From: Mizuhopecten yessoensis
Lineage: Eukaryota
DNA: 64,000 bases
Direction of reading: 5' to 3'
Assembly (NCBI RefSeq): GCF_002113885.1
Contig: NW_018408855.1
Location: 314,219 to 378,218 of the forward strand
This document shows, in pieces, positions 1 to 12,300 of this stretch. The position numbers and the translations under genes are program-made. The first letter of the stretch is position 1. Every line of letters starts with the position of its first letter. The notes under the pieces were generated by a model. The model worked only from the letters and a program-made list of their open reading frames with translations, had not been told where the DNA came from and searched no databases.

Positions 1-3000
1 TCCCGACTGCTTCTTATCTCACAAGCCCAGTGTTAAAGCCATGTTTACGTTATGATCACGCGTAAGCGAATTCTCGAGATGTCCCGACAGCAGAATCCTA
101 CGAACAGCGACTTTGTGTTCGACTCGGTTAGAGATAATATTTACACAATACTACATGTTCGACAGGCTCAGGGGTAATGTTATACAATACACATACTTTC
201 GTCTCCATCGATAGAGATCCATAACGTCACTTGGAATGCTAAACGGATTTAACATTCACTTATAAAGTAGTATTCACAAAAAATGATCTTAAAAGCAGAA
301 AAAGTGTGTCAAAATTTGACAAGAAATATCGTCATTTTAAAGGGGGTATTTGGGGTATGCGTGGCATTATGTAAATCATCGAATGTTTTACGGCACATAA
401 GAAAATAAAATTTGGTATTTTTATTGTTTATTATCTTTGATAAACGGAAGGTTTATAAATCTTGCTATGTAAGAAAATAACTAGTGTGCTTTTTTAGCCG
501 GCTGATACAATGTAAGAACAAAAGCGAAGGTTAACGGATCGGTGACATTGATTGTCACAAACTAATTGGTCACGATTAAACTAATCATTGAGCATCTTTT
601 CTTAGCAGGGCGGCCTAAGGAAGTGTATATGAAAGGTGAGAAAAGTTTTCCTGTTTGCTGCCGACCTTATTTTTAATTTCGTTGACTCTTTGGTATTCTC
701 TCAAATCTGTATGATTTGGTATATCTTCAGAACGCCTCATTGAAATAATTTTAGGTAAACAGACAAGTGTATTGAGCACAAACATACACTGCCATATGAC
801 ATTTTCGTTTTTTCTATAAAGAATATGTTTTTGTTTATTTTTTGGGGTAGTACATTGTATGTATACAACGCATTATTGTTTAGTTTTTGTTCTTTGCCTT
901 TTTTATAATTGTATTGTGTCAAAGAAGATCTGAGTCTGCCATCAATTAAGTAAATCATTGTAAATTGCTAGAATAATAAATGAAGGTCATACTATATATA
1001 ATTTCTGCCAGCGACAAGCACTGCATAAGTGTTCGCAAGTTAACACTTATCATGTGAAAAACTATAATAAGTAAATGGAAAAGTAAATAAATAGATAAAT
1101 ATATAAAAATGAAAAAAATGCTTCGTGGTGCAGTATTCTTTCTACATTGCACTACTCGTGCACTTTAATACGTGCAAACAGGAGATTATGTCTACAGGAT
1201 ACAAACAGTCTGTTTAGATCAATTGTCTCGAGAACTCCAGTCTCCTTTGGGTTATTTTGGTTCCAATTCGCCGGATCCTCAGCATGCTTCCTCCGATGTC
1301 TGAGTGTGTCCTTTTTCTGTCTTTCAAGATGTGCTAAATTGCATCATACTGAAAAGGCTCAATTTCCAATTATCTGTCTTGGTTAACTGTGTCTAGTATT
1401 CATAACCGAACGGAATAATTGACTGACTATACGGCGATATAGATTTACCGTAACATCCCATTGATGCGGGCTGATACAGAGTAGGGCCGGGTTTCATTAT
1501 CTCTACCATAGAAATGTCGATATTTCTAATTGTGCTCATAAGTGTGTTTCGTTTTCACTTTCCCAGTTCTCATTTGAAGGACGTGACATGACTTGGTTTA
1601 TACCTGTATACGGGTGTCGTCGATGAAGCTATGGAATTATCTTTTTTTATTGACATTTGATAATTTTGAATGGATTCAAATAACGGGTTGTAAAATCGCC
1701 CTCCCTTTTCATGCTCTATATACAGTTTTAAAGCTGTTGTCTTTTTTAATGATAGCGATTGTGAAAGAGAAAATGAAATCTGAACAAATTACAGTGACCT
1801 TCTCCCTTAAATACATCAATTAAGCGCTGTAAACTTTTGTATCGCCTTTCACTTTGCATCAAAATGTTGTTGTTTTTATTTCTCTGTCCTTTCCTGCCTT
1901 CATATTTACACTAGCTTTCTGCTCTTCCATATTTCCCTCTCGCTCACTTTCTCAAACTGATAATTTCATGGATTCTTTAATAAGTTTAATATGGGACAGA
2001 CTTACTTTGAAACAATCTGATTGCTTGTTGTACATATTTTTGTATGTATGTATTTCTCGAAATATGCCATACATTATATTTTAAATATATAATCAACAAC
2101 GATACGGAAACAAGTACTAAGTACTTATACAATGTCCGTTTCGTTACGTTAGATATACCAGATCTTATCGGAAACCACACTGACGTCATGTCGTCATGCA
2201 CCACTGAACATATTACTATAGTTCGTCACGTACTGTTGATACATCTGGCCCCGATGTGTTGTTCCAGATCGACAATGCATTATTTCACACAGTGTTGGAG
2301 GTTGTTTTATCTGACTATCTATATCGATTTGGTGTAGCAATTCAACATCTTTAACCTATCAGATTACGTGTAACATAAAACGCCATCACATGTGTTACCT
2401 CAGGTGCAAACCTCCAGGTGATTTAGTGTTCAAACTGAAACAAACAAAACAATAAATCAAAAACAAACAAAAATCCCTAGAGATCATATTACAATTACAT
2501 TTTTTTTTACTATTCATAGTACATTTAATGTTATTTTGCTAGAGTTACAAAGACAATGTTTTCTCTGGCGCTCAAATAGGACACGTTCGACGTGTTAAAA
2601 CATATAAAAGGATCAACCACATGTTGGGGTAAAGTGATCGAACGATATAATTCGATAACCGGAGAGAAGTGTTGTCAGTTTTTTAAGTATTTTGTGACGC
2701 TATATACACATTACTCTGTTTTTTTTCATATTGGAAAGTACAGTTTCCTGTAATTCCTGTGAGGTAAATCACGCAGTAGTAGGCCCGAATGTTTACGGAG
2801 CGCGATCGCGTGTTGATTTGGAAACACGAGCAGAACACCTCACACACTTGAATCCAATTATCCACAACCGTTTTCGAACAATTCGTATTGAATACAAACT
2901 TTACCACAATGCGATTCATAAATGCCTTTCCTCCACATAGCAGGGATATGATCACACCAGGTTAGCGACACTTTCGACGTAACATGGAGGTTGCTCTGAA

Positions 3001-4538
3001 GGTCGTAAAGCCGAACTACAATAGATAATTCCAAGACAACAACTCCCCAGTTACCACGACGTCGACGACTTGAGTATGACCGGGGAGCACCTTGTCGTTT
3101 CTATAGAAATACTGTACGAATGCATCAGATACATCCTCAGGATATCTTACGGTCTTACCTTTGATTCTGAAGATTATTCCTTTACCTTTTATATCGATTA
3201 GCTTCAACGAGAGAAAAAAATGCTTATGTAAAAAAGGATCATAGCCATTATAAAATACATATTACTAATTAACATAAAAGTAACCAGCACTATTATAAAT
3301 TTTGAAATTAAGATGTTAAAACTGACAGTGCAAGTTGAAAAGCTTTCAACTGAGGTATTACAAATCTACTTTTGAGATCTTCCCCATCTCTTCTGACTTC
3401 ATTTTTAAGGACGTGCCGACATTTCAGTTTGTCCATACTCGGTAACGAGTATGGTTCTTGCTGTTTGGATTTTGACCTTTTTTATTTGCCTTATTTTATC
3501 TACCATTATTAAATTTTAAAAGTGAAATCATCTGTGCGTGCCAATTTCATCTTTACAAAAACACCTATTGATGTGAACGCACGAGACACACAAGTGACAG
3601 CATCTTTAGTAATTGTAAAATATACAATATGCCGATCAATGAATGCAAACGTATATCTGTCAACTTTCTCTATAAGCACTAAAGGCGATGGCGAAATGAA
3701 ACTAGGACGAAATCGTGAGAATAATTGATTTCCTAGTCAATAATACCTTCAGTTTCATGATTTTCTGAATTGAGGTTGCAATACCCATTGAATTTTTAAA
3801 ATTCCAAAAAGTAGAATTTGCGCTTAGCAATAATTAAAATAATCACCTTTCGAACAACTGGGGCCTGGGTACTTACTATACTGATAGAAAGGATTTATTT
3901 CAGTACTAAAATAATTGTGATACTGTACCTCCCTCGATGCTAACAACATTCGTTATTTACACGTAAGGTGATTTTATTTCACAAAAAAAATGTCTTATGT
4001 TAGATGTTACACGTTCCAGATTTATATTGGTACATTGTTTCGAGTAAACAAAGGCAAATTTAAAGCATGATATTTACATGTCAAAGACAAAAAGTATTTC
4101 ATGAAGTGGAATTGTTTATATTGGCAATGTAACATATCACTACACATGTATGGAGTAAAAACGTTAAATATATTTCTTTCTTATTTGCCTTTGAATGTAA
4201 ATCAGTCCCATTATCCACAGCATGACGTACTCATGTTCAATCAATATCTCCCGGAGCGGGATTACCTAACGTAGATACAAGATGCTAAATAAGACAGGAT
4301 CTTCACAAGCAGTTTTTGTCGATTTCCTCGGAATCAACAACCCCGTGAATGTTTATGTTGACGTTTCGTTTCAGCTTATTGCTGTGATCAAACACACTAA
4401 AGGTTGTAATGAGTAATACTGAATCTGGTTTTACACTGATCGTGTAACTAACGGTAATGGGAAGTTTAAAAAGCGAACATTGTTTTAACGCATTGTAAGA
4501 CTGCGCGTTACATAAGTGTATTAAGGACATGACGTCAG

Positions 4539-4653
4539 CAGATCACATAGTTGGGTATTGTTAATGGCACAGATCACATAGTTGGGTATTGTTAATGGCG
4601 CAGATCACATAGTTGGGTATTGTTAATGGCACATATCACATAGTTGGGTATTG
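4539..4653. repeat. 31-bp tandem repeat (CAGATCACATAGTTGGGTATTGTTAATGGCA), 3.7 copies
   Basis: Units at 4539-4569, 4570-4600, 4601-4631 and a partial at 4632-4653. The same sequence resumes at 6970-6991 on the far side of the LINE. Confidence 0.95.
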
Positions 4654-4654
4654 G

Positions 4655-4906
4655 GATATAAAAAATAAATTTCCGGATATTCTTGTCCGTTCTCTATTCT
4701 AATTAACATTGTATTATAATCCAGTGTCTGATTTCCGGTCAGAGGCACGATGGTGAACAGACTTCGATTCGCACAAACGTTATTATATGGTAAATATTAG
4801 TATATGAAATGCTTCGTATGGTATAACATCATCCAATTCAGCGAATTAAAGTGCCATGTTAGCGTTATAGTTCTAGAGTATGTGTTGATAATAGTCAGGG
4901 TATAAT
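4655..4906 (-). pseudogene. Decayed exon-like fragment with fibronectin type III-like motifs
   Basis: On the minus strand a pyrimidine tract plus AG (tttttgtttaatag) precedes YTLTIINTYSRTITLTW..., then an in-frame stop, then ...EIYFLYPNT. These resemble the FN3 strand A/B and L.P.T.Y motifs. By eye only. Confidence 0.3.
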
Positions 4907-4934
4907 CTATTAAACAAAAACATTTTTCTTTTCC

Positions 4935-6967
4935 GACACTTTTATGTACACATTTCCAATGAAGTTCCCTTATTTTTGTTTCTGTNGATATAAAAAATAA
5001 ATTTCCGGATATTCTTGTCCGTACTCTATTCTAATTAAAATTGTATTATAATCCAGTGTCTGATTTCCGGTNTATTTCCCCATATTTTCTCCCAATTAAA
5101 TGTTTTTTGAAGTTCATCTTCCCACTTTATTTCTGATTTAGGTCTTGTTTTTGGGAGTAATGTATTTTGTAGCATGGTAATTTTTAAGTCTTTATTTTTC
5201 ATAATTTTTGTTCCTTTACATAATGGCAAAATTATTTCAAATTTATTATTTATGAAGAGGTCTTCTGACTTAGGATTATCTATTTGATTATTTTCAGTAT
5301 GATCTTTTAATATTCTGAGAAAATTCAGAGGTAAAGCTTTCCTAATTTTAGAGGTTTCTGATATCCAATTCTGTTTATTGATAAGTTTTGCAAATATAAT
5401 ATCATTCCCTTTAAATTCCTTCTTTTCATCATCCCAAATATCTGCTATTTTTGTGATACCACTTAATGAGAAAGACTGTATAAATAAGGCTTTGTTCCGA
5501 AATTGTATCTAGATGTTCCCAAATAAATTTTGGTTTAGAATTTCTTTTTTTTTAAGTGGTGCGTTAACTCCTTTAAGTTTTGCCCATGCTTTCAAGCTAT
5601 CTTCATAAAAAGTTGGTAGTATTCTGTTAATAGCAAGGCCCTGTACGTCCGAACAAGTGCACAACAACATTTTTGACATGTACTTGATGTCTAATTTAGT
5701 AAGATAGTATCTACCTATAGAGTTCCAGTTCTCATTTTTAGAGTGGATTATCTTATATATAGTTTTGATTTGTTTACTTTGTACATATGTTTCAAGATCT
5801 ACCATTCCCATACCTCCATCCCAGATGTAATCCCAAATTATCTTGTTAATTTCTTTTAGACATTTACATGGTATGCCCCTCGCTTCTATTTCATATCCTA
5901 TAATAGATATTATTAGTGATTTAATGATTAAAGTTTTCCCGCTAAATGTTAAGTTTCTGGTTTTCCAAATTTGCAGACAGTGTTTTATTTTGTTAATTTT
6001 TTCTTGCCAAATTTTGTCATTATCTATCATATATCCATGATGAATTCCTAGAGTTTTCACATTTGTTTTTGTCCATTTTATGATATTAAATGTTGGGTCT
6101 TTATTTTTCAATAGTCCTATATACAAACCTTCAGTCTTTTCATAATTAATCTTGGCACCTGATGCTTTTTCATATGATTTTAATAGTTTAAAAGCTTCTC
6201 GAATGGATTTTTCTGTTTGATTGATTAGCTGAGTATCATCTGCAAACATACTTAATTTTATTTCCTTATCATTACCTGGTACTCTGATGCCTACTATTTC
6301 TGGGTTTGCTCTGATAGCACATGCAAGTGGTTCTGCTTGAATAATGTATAAAAGTGGGGCGATCGGGCATCCCTGACGAGCTGATCTTGAGATGTTGAAA
6401 TATTTAGATGTAAAACCATTAGTTTGGATACATGTTTTTGAATTTTTTAAAAGCATCTCAATCCAAGTACAAAATTTATTACCAAAATTAAATTCTTTAA
6501 AACATTTTAATACCCAACCCCATTCTATCCTATCAAAAGCCTTTTGTTGGTCTAGAAATATAATTGAACCATCTTGTTCTTCCCTGTCACTAAAGTCTAT
6601 TATATCCTGTAACATTCTATTGGCATCCATAATATTTCTACCTGGTACAAAGCCTTTCTGGTCAGGATGTATAAGTTTGTTTAAATTTATTTTCAGTCGA
6701 TTAGCCAAAATTTTTGCAATTATCTTATAATCTACATTGAGTAAAGTAATTGGTCGCCAGTTTTTAATATCTTCTCTTTCTCCTTTTTTATAAAGTAATT
6801 TAATTATTCCCTTAGTTTGACTATTTGAAAGTTTGTTTTCAGTAAATATTTCTATGATTAATTGTGTGATCTCAGTTTTGATTAAGTTCCAATATGTTTG
6901 GTAAAATTCACTTATAATTCCGTCCTCACCAGGTGACTTGTTACTCTTTAAAGATTTGACAGCTTCG
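4935..6967 (-). mobile_element. Tx1/L1-clade non-LTR retrotransposon ORF2 fragment (reverse transcriptase), truncated at both ends and defective
   Basis: The frame is open from 6967 (KSPGEDG...NWRPITLLNVDYKIIAKILANRL) through the 399-aa ORF 5509-6708 (QKGFVPGR, LDQQKAFDRIEW, RQGCPIAPLLY, MFADDT). A TAG at 5509-5511 is followed in frame by more ORF2-like sequence to WEKIWGN (5073), and TETKIRELHWKCVHK follows at 4941-4985. There is an apparent in-frame deletion at WDGGMG. No endonuclease domain or poly(A) tail. Confidence 0.95.
4987..5071. repeat. 85-bp direct copy of 4655-4739, bounded by single Ns
   Basis: Identical to 4655-4739 except for 2 substitutions. Ns at 4986 and 5072. It interrupts the LINE ORF2. 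Confidence 0.9.
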
Positions 6968-8359
6968 NGTAGTTGGGTATTGTTAATGGCACAATGCTGC
7001 TTTTGTTTAATAAATGCTTTGCCGTTACAGAAATGTTCTTCATTCCAATGGAAATTTCACCTGAACCAAAAGTAAGAATGACAATAGGTCATGAAGTAGG
7101 TTCTATATTCAATGTATGTCCCAATGATGTCCTGTGTCTGTTTCACGCTGTGTTGGCCACATTCTGTCTCTCTTCAGCAATTCCTAATGGAACTTTTATA
7201 GAATATGCTGCGTCTGACTGTCCTCATGATCTGGAACTTTATTTGACTTTTGATAACAGAGAACATAAACAAAAAAATGAGGTGTCATTTGAGGTTTCAA
7301 ATTAAAATATGAGAACGCTGATATTTTATCGAAAGATGTTTGACATTCTATTTTCGTTATACGACAAAATATTTAATATGTCCCTTAGTTAAAAGTTCAT
7401 ATTGTGACTTTTCTAGTTGATGATACTTTTAAACCAAATACAGCTCCATGCGGCTTTGTTACCGCAGTCCTGCATTGATCTTCATAAGGAATGGCTGATT
7501 GGCAGATATTTGCACTTTAATGTTCCATTGCTCAACGTGCTTTTTTAACCAATTAAATTAATTGAAATGGGTCTGATGCACACAATATTGGTATCAATTG
7601 CAATTTATTATATCAATTTGAAAAAAAAATGCATTAATGTAAATGGATAAATGTTGTTATTCCAAAATGTTTTTAAATCGTACGGTTGTTCTCACCCGAA
7701 ACAGCGTACGATGATGCGGAGAGGAAGGATGCTGGGTCAACTCTAATCAATCACAGGCAACGATCTTAGCTTTGGTGTTTTTTTTCTATTTCAAAAATCA
7801 CTCCGACAAGTTACTCCCCGTACACCGATCTCGCAGTATGCATATCCCCCGTAGTTGAGAAATTAGTCAAACAAAATGAAATACAAAATAACCCAGAGAA
7901 CTTCTGTTCGGGTCTTTACAAGTTTCTAACGAAAACAGTAGTGACTTTTCCCCAAACAGCCAACGTCATACTGTTAGCCGTTCCATGGTGCTGTAGTAAG
8001 CTGTCCATTGATTGGTTCATGCCGGTATGAACGGTTAGGGCTTCATGTTAAATATGGATGCAACCGATTTGCTTTCATACCGGCATGAGAATTAAAAAAA
8101 ACGCCATTCAATCCATATATTTACATTTGTAACAACCATCCCCAACCCATCTCCGGTCCATACAACTAGCACTCGATACAGCCCATACGTATATCGGCAC
8201 ATTTCTTTGATACCCATCAATTCTTTCAATCTCCAACTCCTACAGCTCCCACATCAATGTTATAACCAAATTATAACAGTGATGAGGAGAGGATTACATT
8301 TAACGGACAACAAACAACAGCACCTGCATGACTCTAACCAATAACCAACAACGAACAGT

Positions 8360-8460
8360 CCGTCGGATGGGACTATAAAATGTGACCCGTGTGAGAACTA
8401 AAGCACGGAAAAGATCCCTCAGAGTTTTTCGAAAAAGAGTAGGCGAGAAGCGCCGACACA
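8360..8460 (+). mobile_element. SINE remnant, Deu/Nin-domain-like
   Basis: ggatgggactataaaatgtgacccgtgtg...gcacggaaaagatccc...ttcgaaaaagagtagg resembles the conserved Deu/Nin SINE central domain as I recall it. Confidence 0.55.
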
Positions 8461-8639
8461 GAGGATAGGGTAAGATGTTTTTTCGGCCAATAGAACCAGG
8501 ATATCTCTATTAGACATTTAGAAGGACTTCAAATATTTATATACTAAACAAAATTCATAGAATAGGCAGCGACTGGTGTAGATGGCGGCGGCTGAGTACC
8601 TCACTTCCGGTCCAGACTTGGTGATACTATACGACGAGT

Positions 8640-9060
8640 GTTAGGTTAAGGCATTATTAGGCATAGGAGCCATCTTACAAAAATTAGACTACAGTAAATA
8701 CATATAGGATATACAACTCCTTCTCTAACCTGTCTCCCTCTTCTTTCCCTTCACTCCATACTTTATGCTCTCTGCTCAATTTCCTTTCTTTTTTTCGTCT
8801 GTTGGATAACCGAACTACTCGGTAGTGAAGCGGAACATTGTATTATAATTCTCCATGTTATCCGAAGCGAACCGACAAGCTTAAGACTCTCATTGAACAA
8901 GATAAATCTATGACGTTATTCGTAAACCACGTGTTACGTCACGAGAATTTTTGCATTCATACTCAAATGAAATGCATTTCTGCTGGTAATGTTCATATAG
9001 TGGGTTGCAGCGCCAATGTAAATATTTATGCAGAATATGTTCGTTTTTGTATAAAATGAA
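8640..9060 (+). mobile_element. Degraded 3' end of a CR1/L2-like LINE
   Basis: 8967-9028 (atgaaatgcatttctgctggtaatgttcatatagtgggttgcagcgccaatgtaaatat) closely matches 58071-58128, which lies downstream of the LINE ORF at 56-57 kb. Confidence 0.55.
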
Positions 9061-9384
9061 ATACCTAATCATAAAGTACAACCAATCATATCTGACGATG
9101 ATGATTGGGGGTTCCATCGTCATCGTACGTGTTTATAATTAGACATGATTTTACACTAAATTTATTACAACCTACTCACATCTTATAACTGAATGTAAGT
9201 TAGGTTCTGTACCAAAGCAAATTAAACTATTCATTTACAATTGTGACAGCAGCATGAACGTGTTCACAACATTTTTATAGTTTTTTTACGATGGTCTTAT
9301 TTACGTAACAAGTAAACTCGTCGATGGATCTGTTAAAATGCAAAACCAATCTGTGTACAATGTTTTGACACGAAAATAAATTGA

Positions 9385-9640
9385 ATGGTCAACATATGAG
9401 GACGCTTGATTGCCGTGTATGCTGTAATCTCCCTACAAGTGAACGTGAAGGTCATGATGTCCGCGGGTTTCGCTGAACCGATTTGTATACACGCTGCTCA
9501 GCTATTCCATATAGATTGGTTGTTTTAAATACCAGGACGGTTATCAGTGGCGATCTGACTATGATGTGCTGTCGGATGTCTACTCCCGATAAGACCACAG
9601 CGGAACGCCGTTGGCAAAATATGAAATAATTCCTCTTAGC
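9385..9640 (+). pseudogene. Decayed ankyrin-repeat coding relic
   Basis: Manual translation gives NI*GRLIAVYAVISLQVNVKVMMSAG...IHAAQLFHIDWL (from 9385) and DVYSR*DHSGTPLA (from 9575), resembling the ankyrin consensus G.TPLH.A...G...V..LL..GA.VN..D. Confidence 0.4.
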
Positions 9641-11446
9641 TGGATACTAATGACAAAATCGATGACTTGTCGTTCCTTTCCCTGAAGCGAGGAAAAAAAT
9701 AACGATATATATAAACGATAAAGAAAGTTCCATCTGTGTGCTATTTATAATGTGGGCGGCGCCCTGGAACGGGACGTAGGGTTATCTGAAAAGCGGAAGG
9801 ACGAAATGTTGTGAATCTCAGGAAATAGATCATATTACAAAATACGGAATGGAATCTGATACCGGAACGCCCGGAAACGTAGAAAATTAGTAGCAAAATA
9901 GGAACAATACGGATTGTTATTGCAACAAAAATAGCAACGATTGAATAAGGACGAACGCTGAGAACAACAGTTAAGGTTCAAATGTGTTAGGCTTCAGGCA
10001 CACAATAGACGATGCACCGAATGACATTATCTAATAACACAAACGAATAGGAAGAATTGGAAACAAAAACGTAGTTTTTCCTAAATATGATAGGGAATGT
10101 CACGAACAGCTCGACACGCAGTCAGAAAATGCTTACCCTTTCGTATAATGTAGTTTCAAATCAAGACTTAAGCAGGGAATCATAATGTCTCCCTTTTTTG
10201 ATATTTGTGTTGTATCTTATATCAACTTCGAGTTCAGATTGTGTCCGTGTCTTTAATTTACGACATTATCTTAGTACTGGTGCTATAATTAATGAGACAA
10301 TACCCTAGAAATGGCAGAATATAACGTACATTGGGTGACTTCTTTTCTTTTCTTTTTTATTCTTTAATTCAGATGTTGTTGTACATTGTTCAAGTCTTAA
10401 ATATATGAAGAGATGATTTTATCAAATAAAATCTCAATTTCAAAATCCATGTTAGGTATTGGCCTTTTTTTTCTTTGACCAGTACATTAGACTAATTTAT
10501 GCAAAAATAAGCAAGCGATGGTAGAAATCCTTTACTTTCATATATAATTATATATTATTTTATCGCCAGAGTCTCGCTAAAATGAAAATTTCTTAGGCTC
10601 GTTTCATAAACCTTATACGAAACGAAAACTCATGCAAGTTCTAGAAACGCATGCATGCTATATCTTTCCTCTACGAATGAAAAAGTAAATAAATGTTGTG
10701 GACAATATCCGAAATTCATTACACCAGAACCGAAATGATCTACCGACCTGTAACCCAATTTTATTTACGACAAAATAGAATATATAACAAGAACGAAACT
10801 ATACCATATTAACCTAAAACGGAAAAGGTAATGGATATACTACAAAATATATTTAGGAACAACTAGGACATTATGTTATGATGTATTTTTTTTTACAACA
10901 AAGACAAATTGTTAAAAATACGTGTCAGTATGTTTCATTTTCCCTCTTTTTTGTGAATATAACATTTGTTTATTATCCTTACCTTAAAGAAAATAAAGTG
11001 AACTATTTGTAATTCAAATGTTTATGTAATGCTTTATTACACAACAAGGATTTTAGAGAGAACTTACCATTATATTTACAAATCAGTATTGTCCTAATGA
11101 TTGCCCAGATTGTAATCCTGAATTAAGTATACCTGTTTGCATACCACTTAATGTCTCAATTAAGTGTAGATCGGCCCTGTTTAATTTTTGTATTATATCT
11201 CTGTTGCTATAACTTTAAATCATTATACTTAGAATCTCTAGGATGTAATGTACAAATGACGAGTCAGGCCTCATAGGAATTTGTTCGATTTGACCAAAGT
11301 TTACAAAATGGGTGCCAACGATTAGCCAGAATGCTTTTTTTTCTGACCAGTAAATCTGAGTCTCGTATATTTCTATTAAACCAGCGACCTGCGTTTCGTT
11401 TTAAATCACTAGTCACCCATTACTCTCTCTAATATATACATATAAA

Positions 11447-11591
11447 TATAGAATAAAAACATGAACCTTTCAGATCGTCCGCTAGGCCTTTCTGCCTTCT
11501 AGGGCTTCTTCAGGCGCAGAAAATCAAAAGAAGCCCTAGAAGGCAGAAAGGCCTAGCGGACGATCTGAACGATTTATGTTTTCATTCTATA
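11447..11591. mobile_element. Foldback/MITE with a perfect 42-bp inverted repeat
   Basis: 11469-11510 is the exact reverse complement of 11528-11569, with a 17-nt loop. Imperfect pairing extends to TATA ends at 11447 and 11591. Confidence 0.85.
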
Positions 11592-12015
11592 CTTTACCTC
11601 GAAAGGACTTATTAATTTATTATCTACCATATATATATATATAAAGCATTGTGATGGGGTGCAATGACACCTGATTATAGAATTAAGTGTCGGCCGTGGT
11701 GACAGGCAATAATCATCCTGTCTTGATTGGCCCTTGATGTAACGCTCACAGCTTTTATCTTTCCTTATATCGATTAGCTTACATTTATAAGAAATGGTTA
11801 TTAGATTCCTTAGGTTCCACAGTTCGCAACGCTAAATACTACATGTAACGTGTTCCACTGTGTACAAGGATTCACGTGTACTTGTTAATATTAGTACACG
11901 TGTTCGGCTACCCAACGTTTCGGATGTTTGGGACAGCACGTCCTTACTATTGATATTGCATTATCAGAAGTACTAAATAACATATAATGTTGCCTGGACT
12001 ATCTCCATGCGTGAC

Positions 12016-12300
12016 CTAGATTGTGCCAGTGCTGACTGAAGTCTGATATCTAAATGATGCCAATAATAGCAGTGTTGTTCTAGTTCTCTTAATTAGTATC
12101 AACGTCTTTAGAACAGCTCGTATGGGCAAATCCTTGCCGTTCAGTGCCTTTTGAATGATTTCTAATTTGCATGGGCCGTCAATGTCTTTGAACCTCACAA
12201 ATGCGCCCAGGGAGCCGTAAGTCCTGGCCTAGCCTGCCAGGCACGCCGTAGTAGCCATGACCTAGGACTCCCGTGGCACGAGTTCCGACTCGAGTTTGTC
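12016..12300 (-). mobile_element. Possible decayed tyrosine-recombinase (DIRS/Ngaro-like) fragment
   Basis: RTYGSLGAFVRFKDIDGPCKLEIIQKALNGKDLPIRAVLKTLI resembles the N-terminal region (TY.S...F....DP....I.K.L.G...PI...L..LI) of DIRS-type YR proteins. No catalytic residues are seen. Confidence 0.3.

Noticed and set aside
5843-6730. Plus-strand ORFs 5843-6040 and 6392-6730
   Set aside because: Antisense shadows of the LINE ORF2.
8017-8089. 15-bp inverted repeat TCATGCCGGTATGAA / TTCATACCGGCATGA
   Set aside because: Real, but a half-site recurs near 56014, so it is probably a fragment of a dispersed palindromic repeat. No boundaries could be defined.
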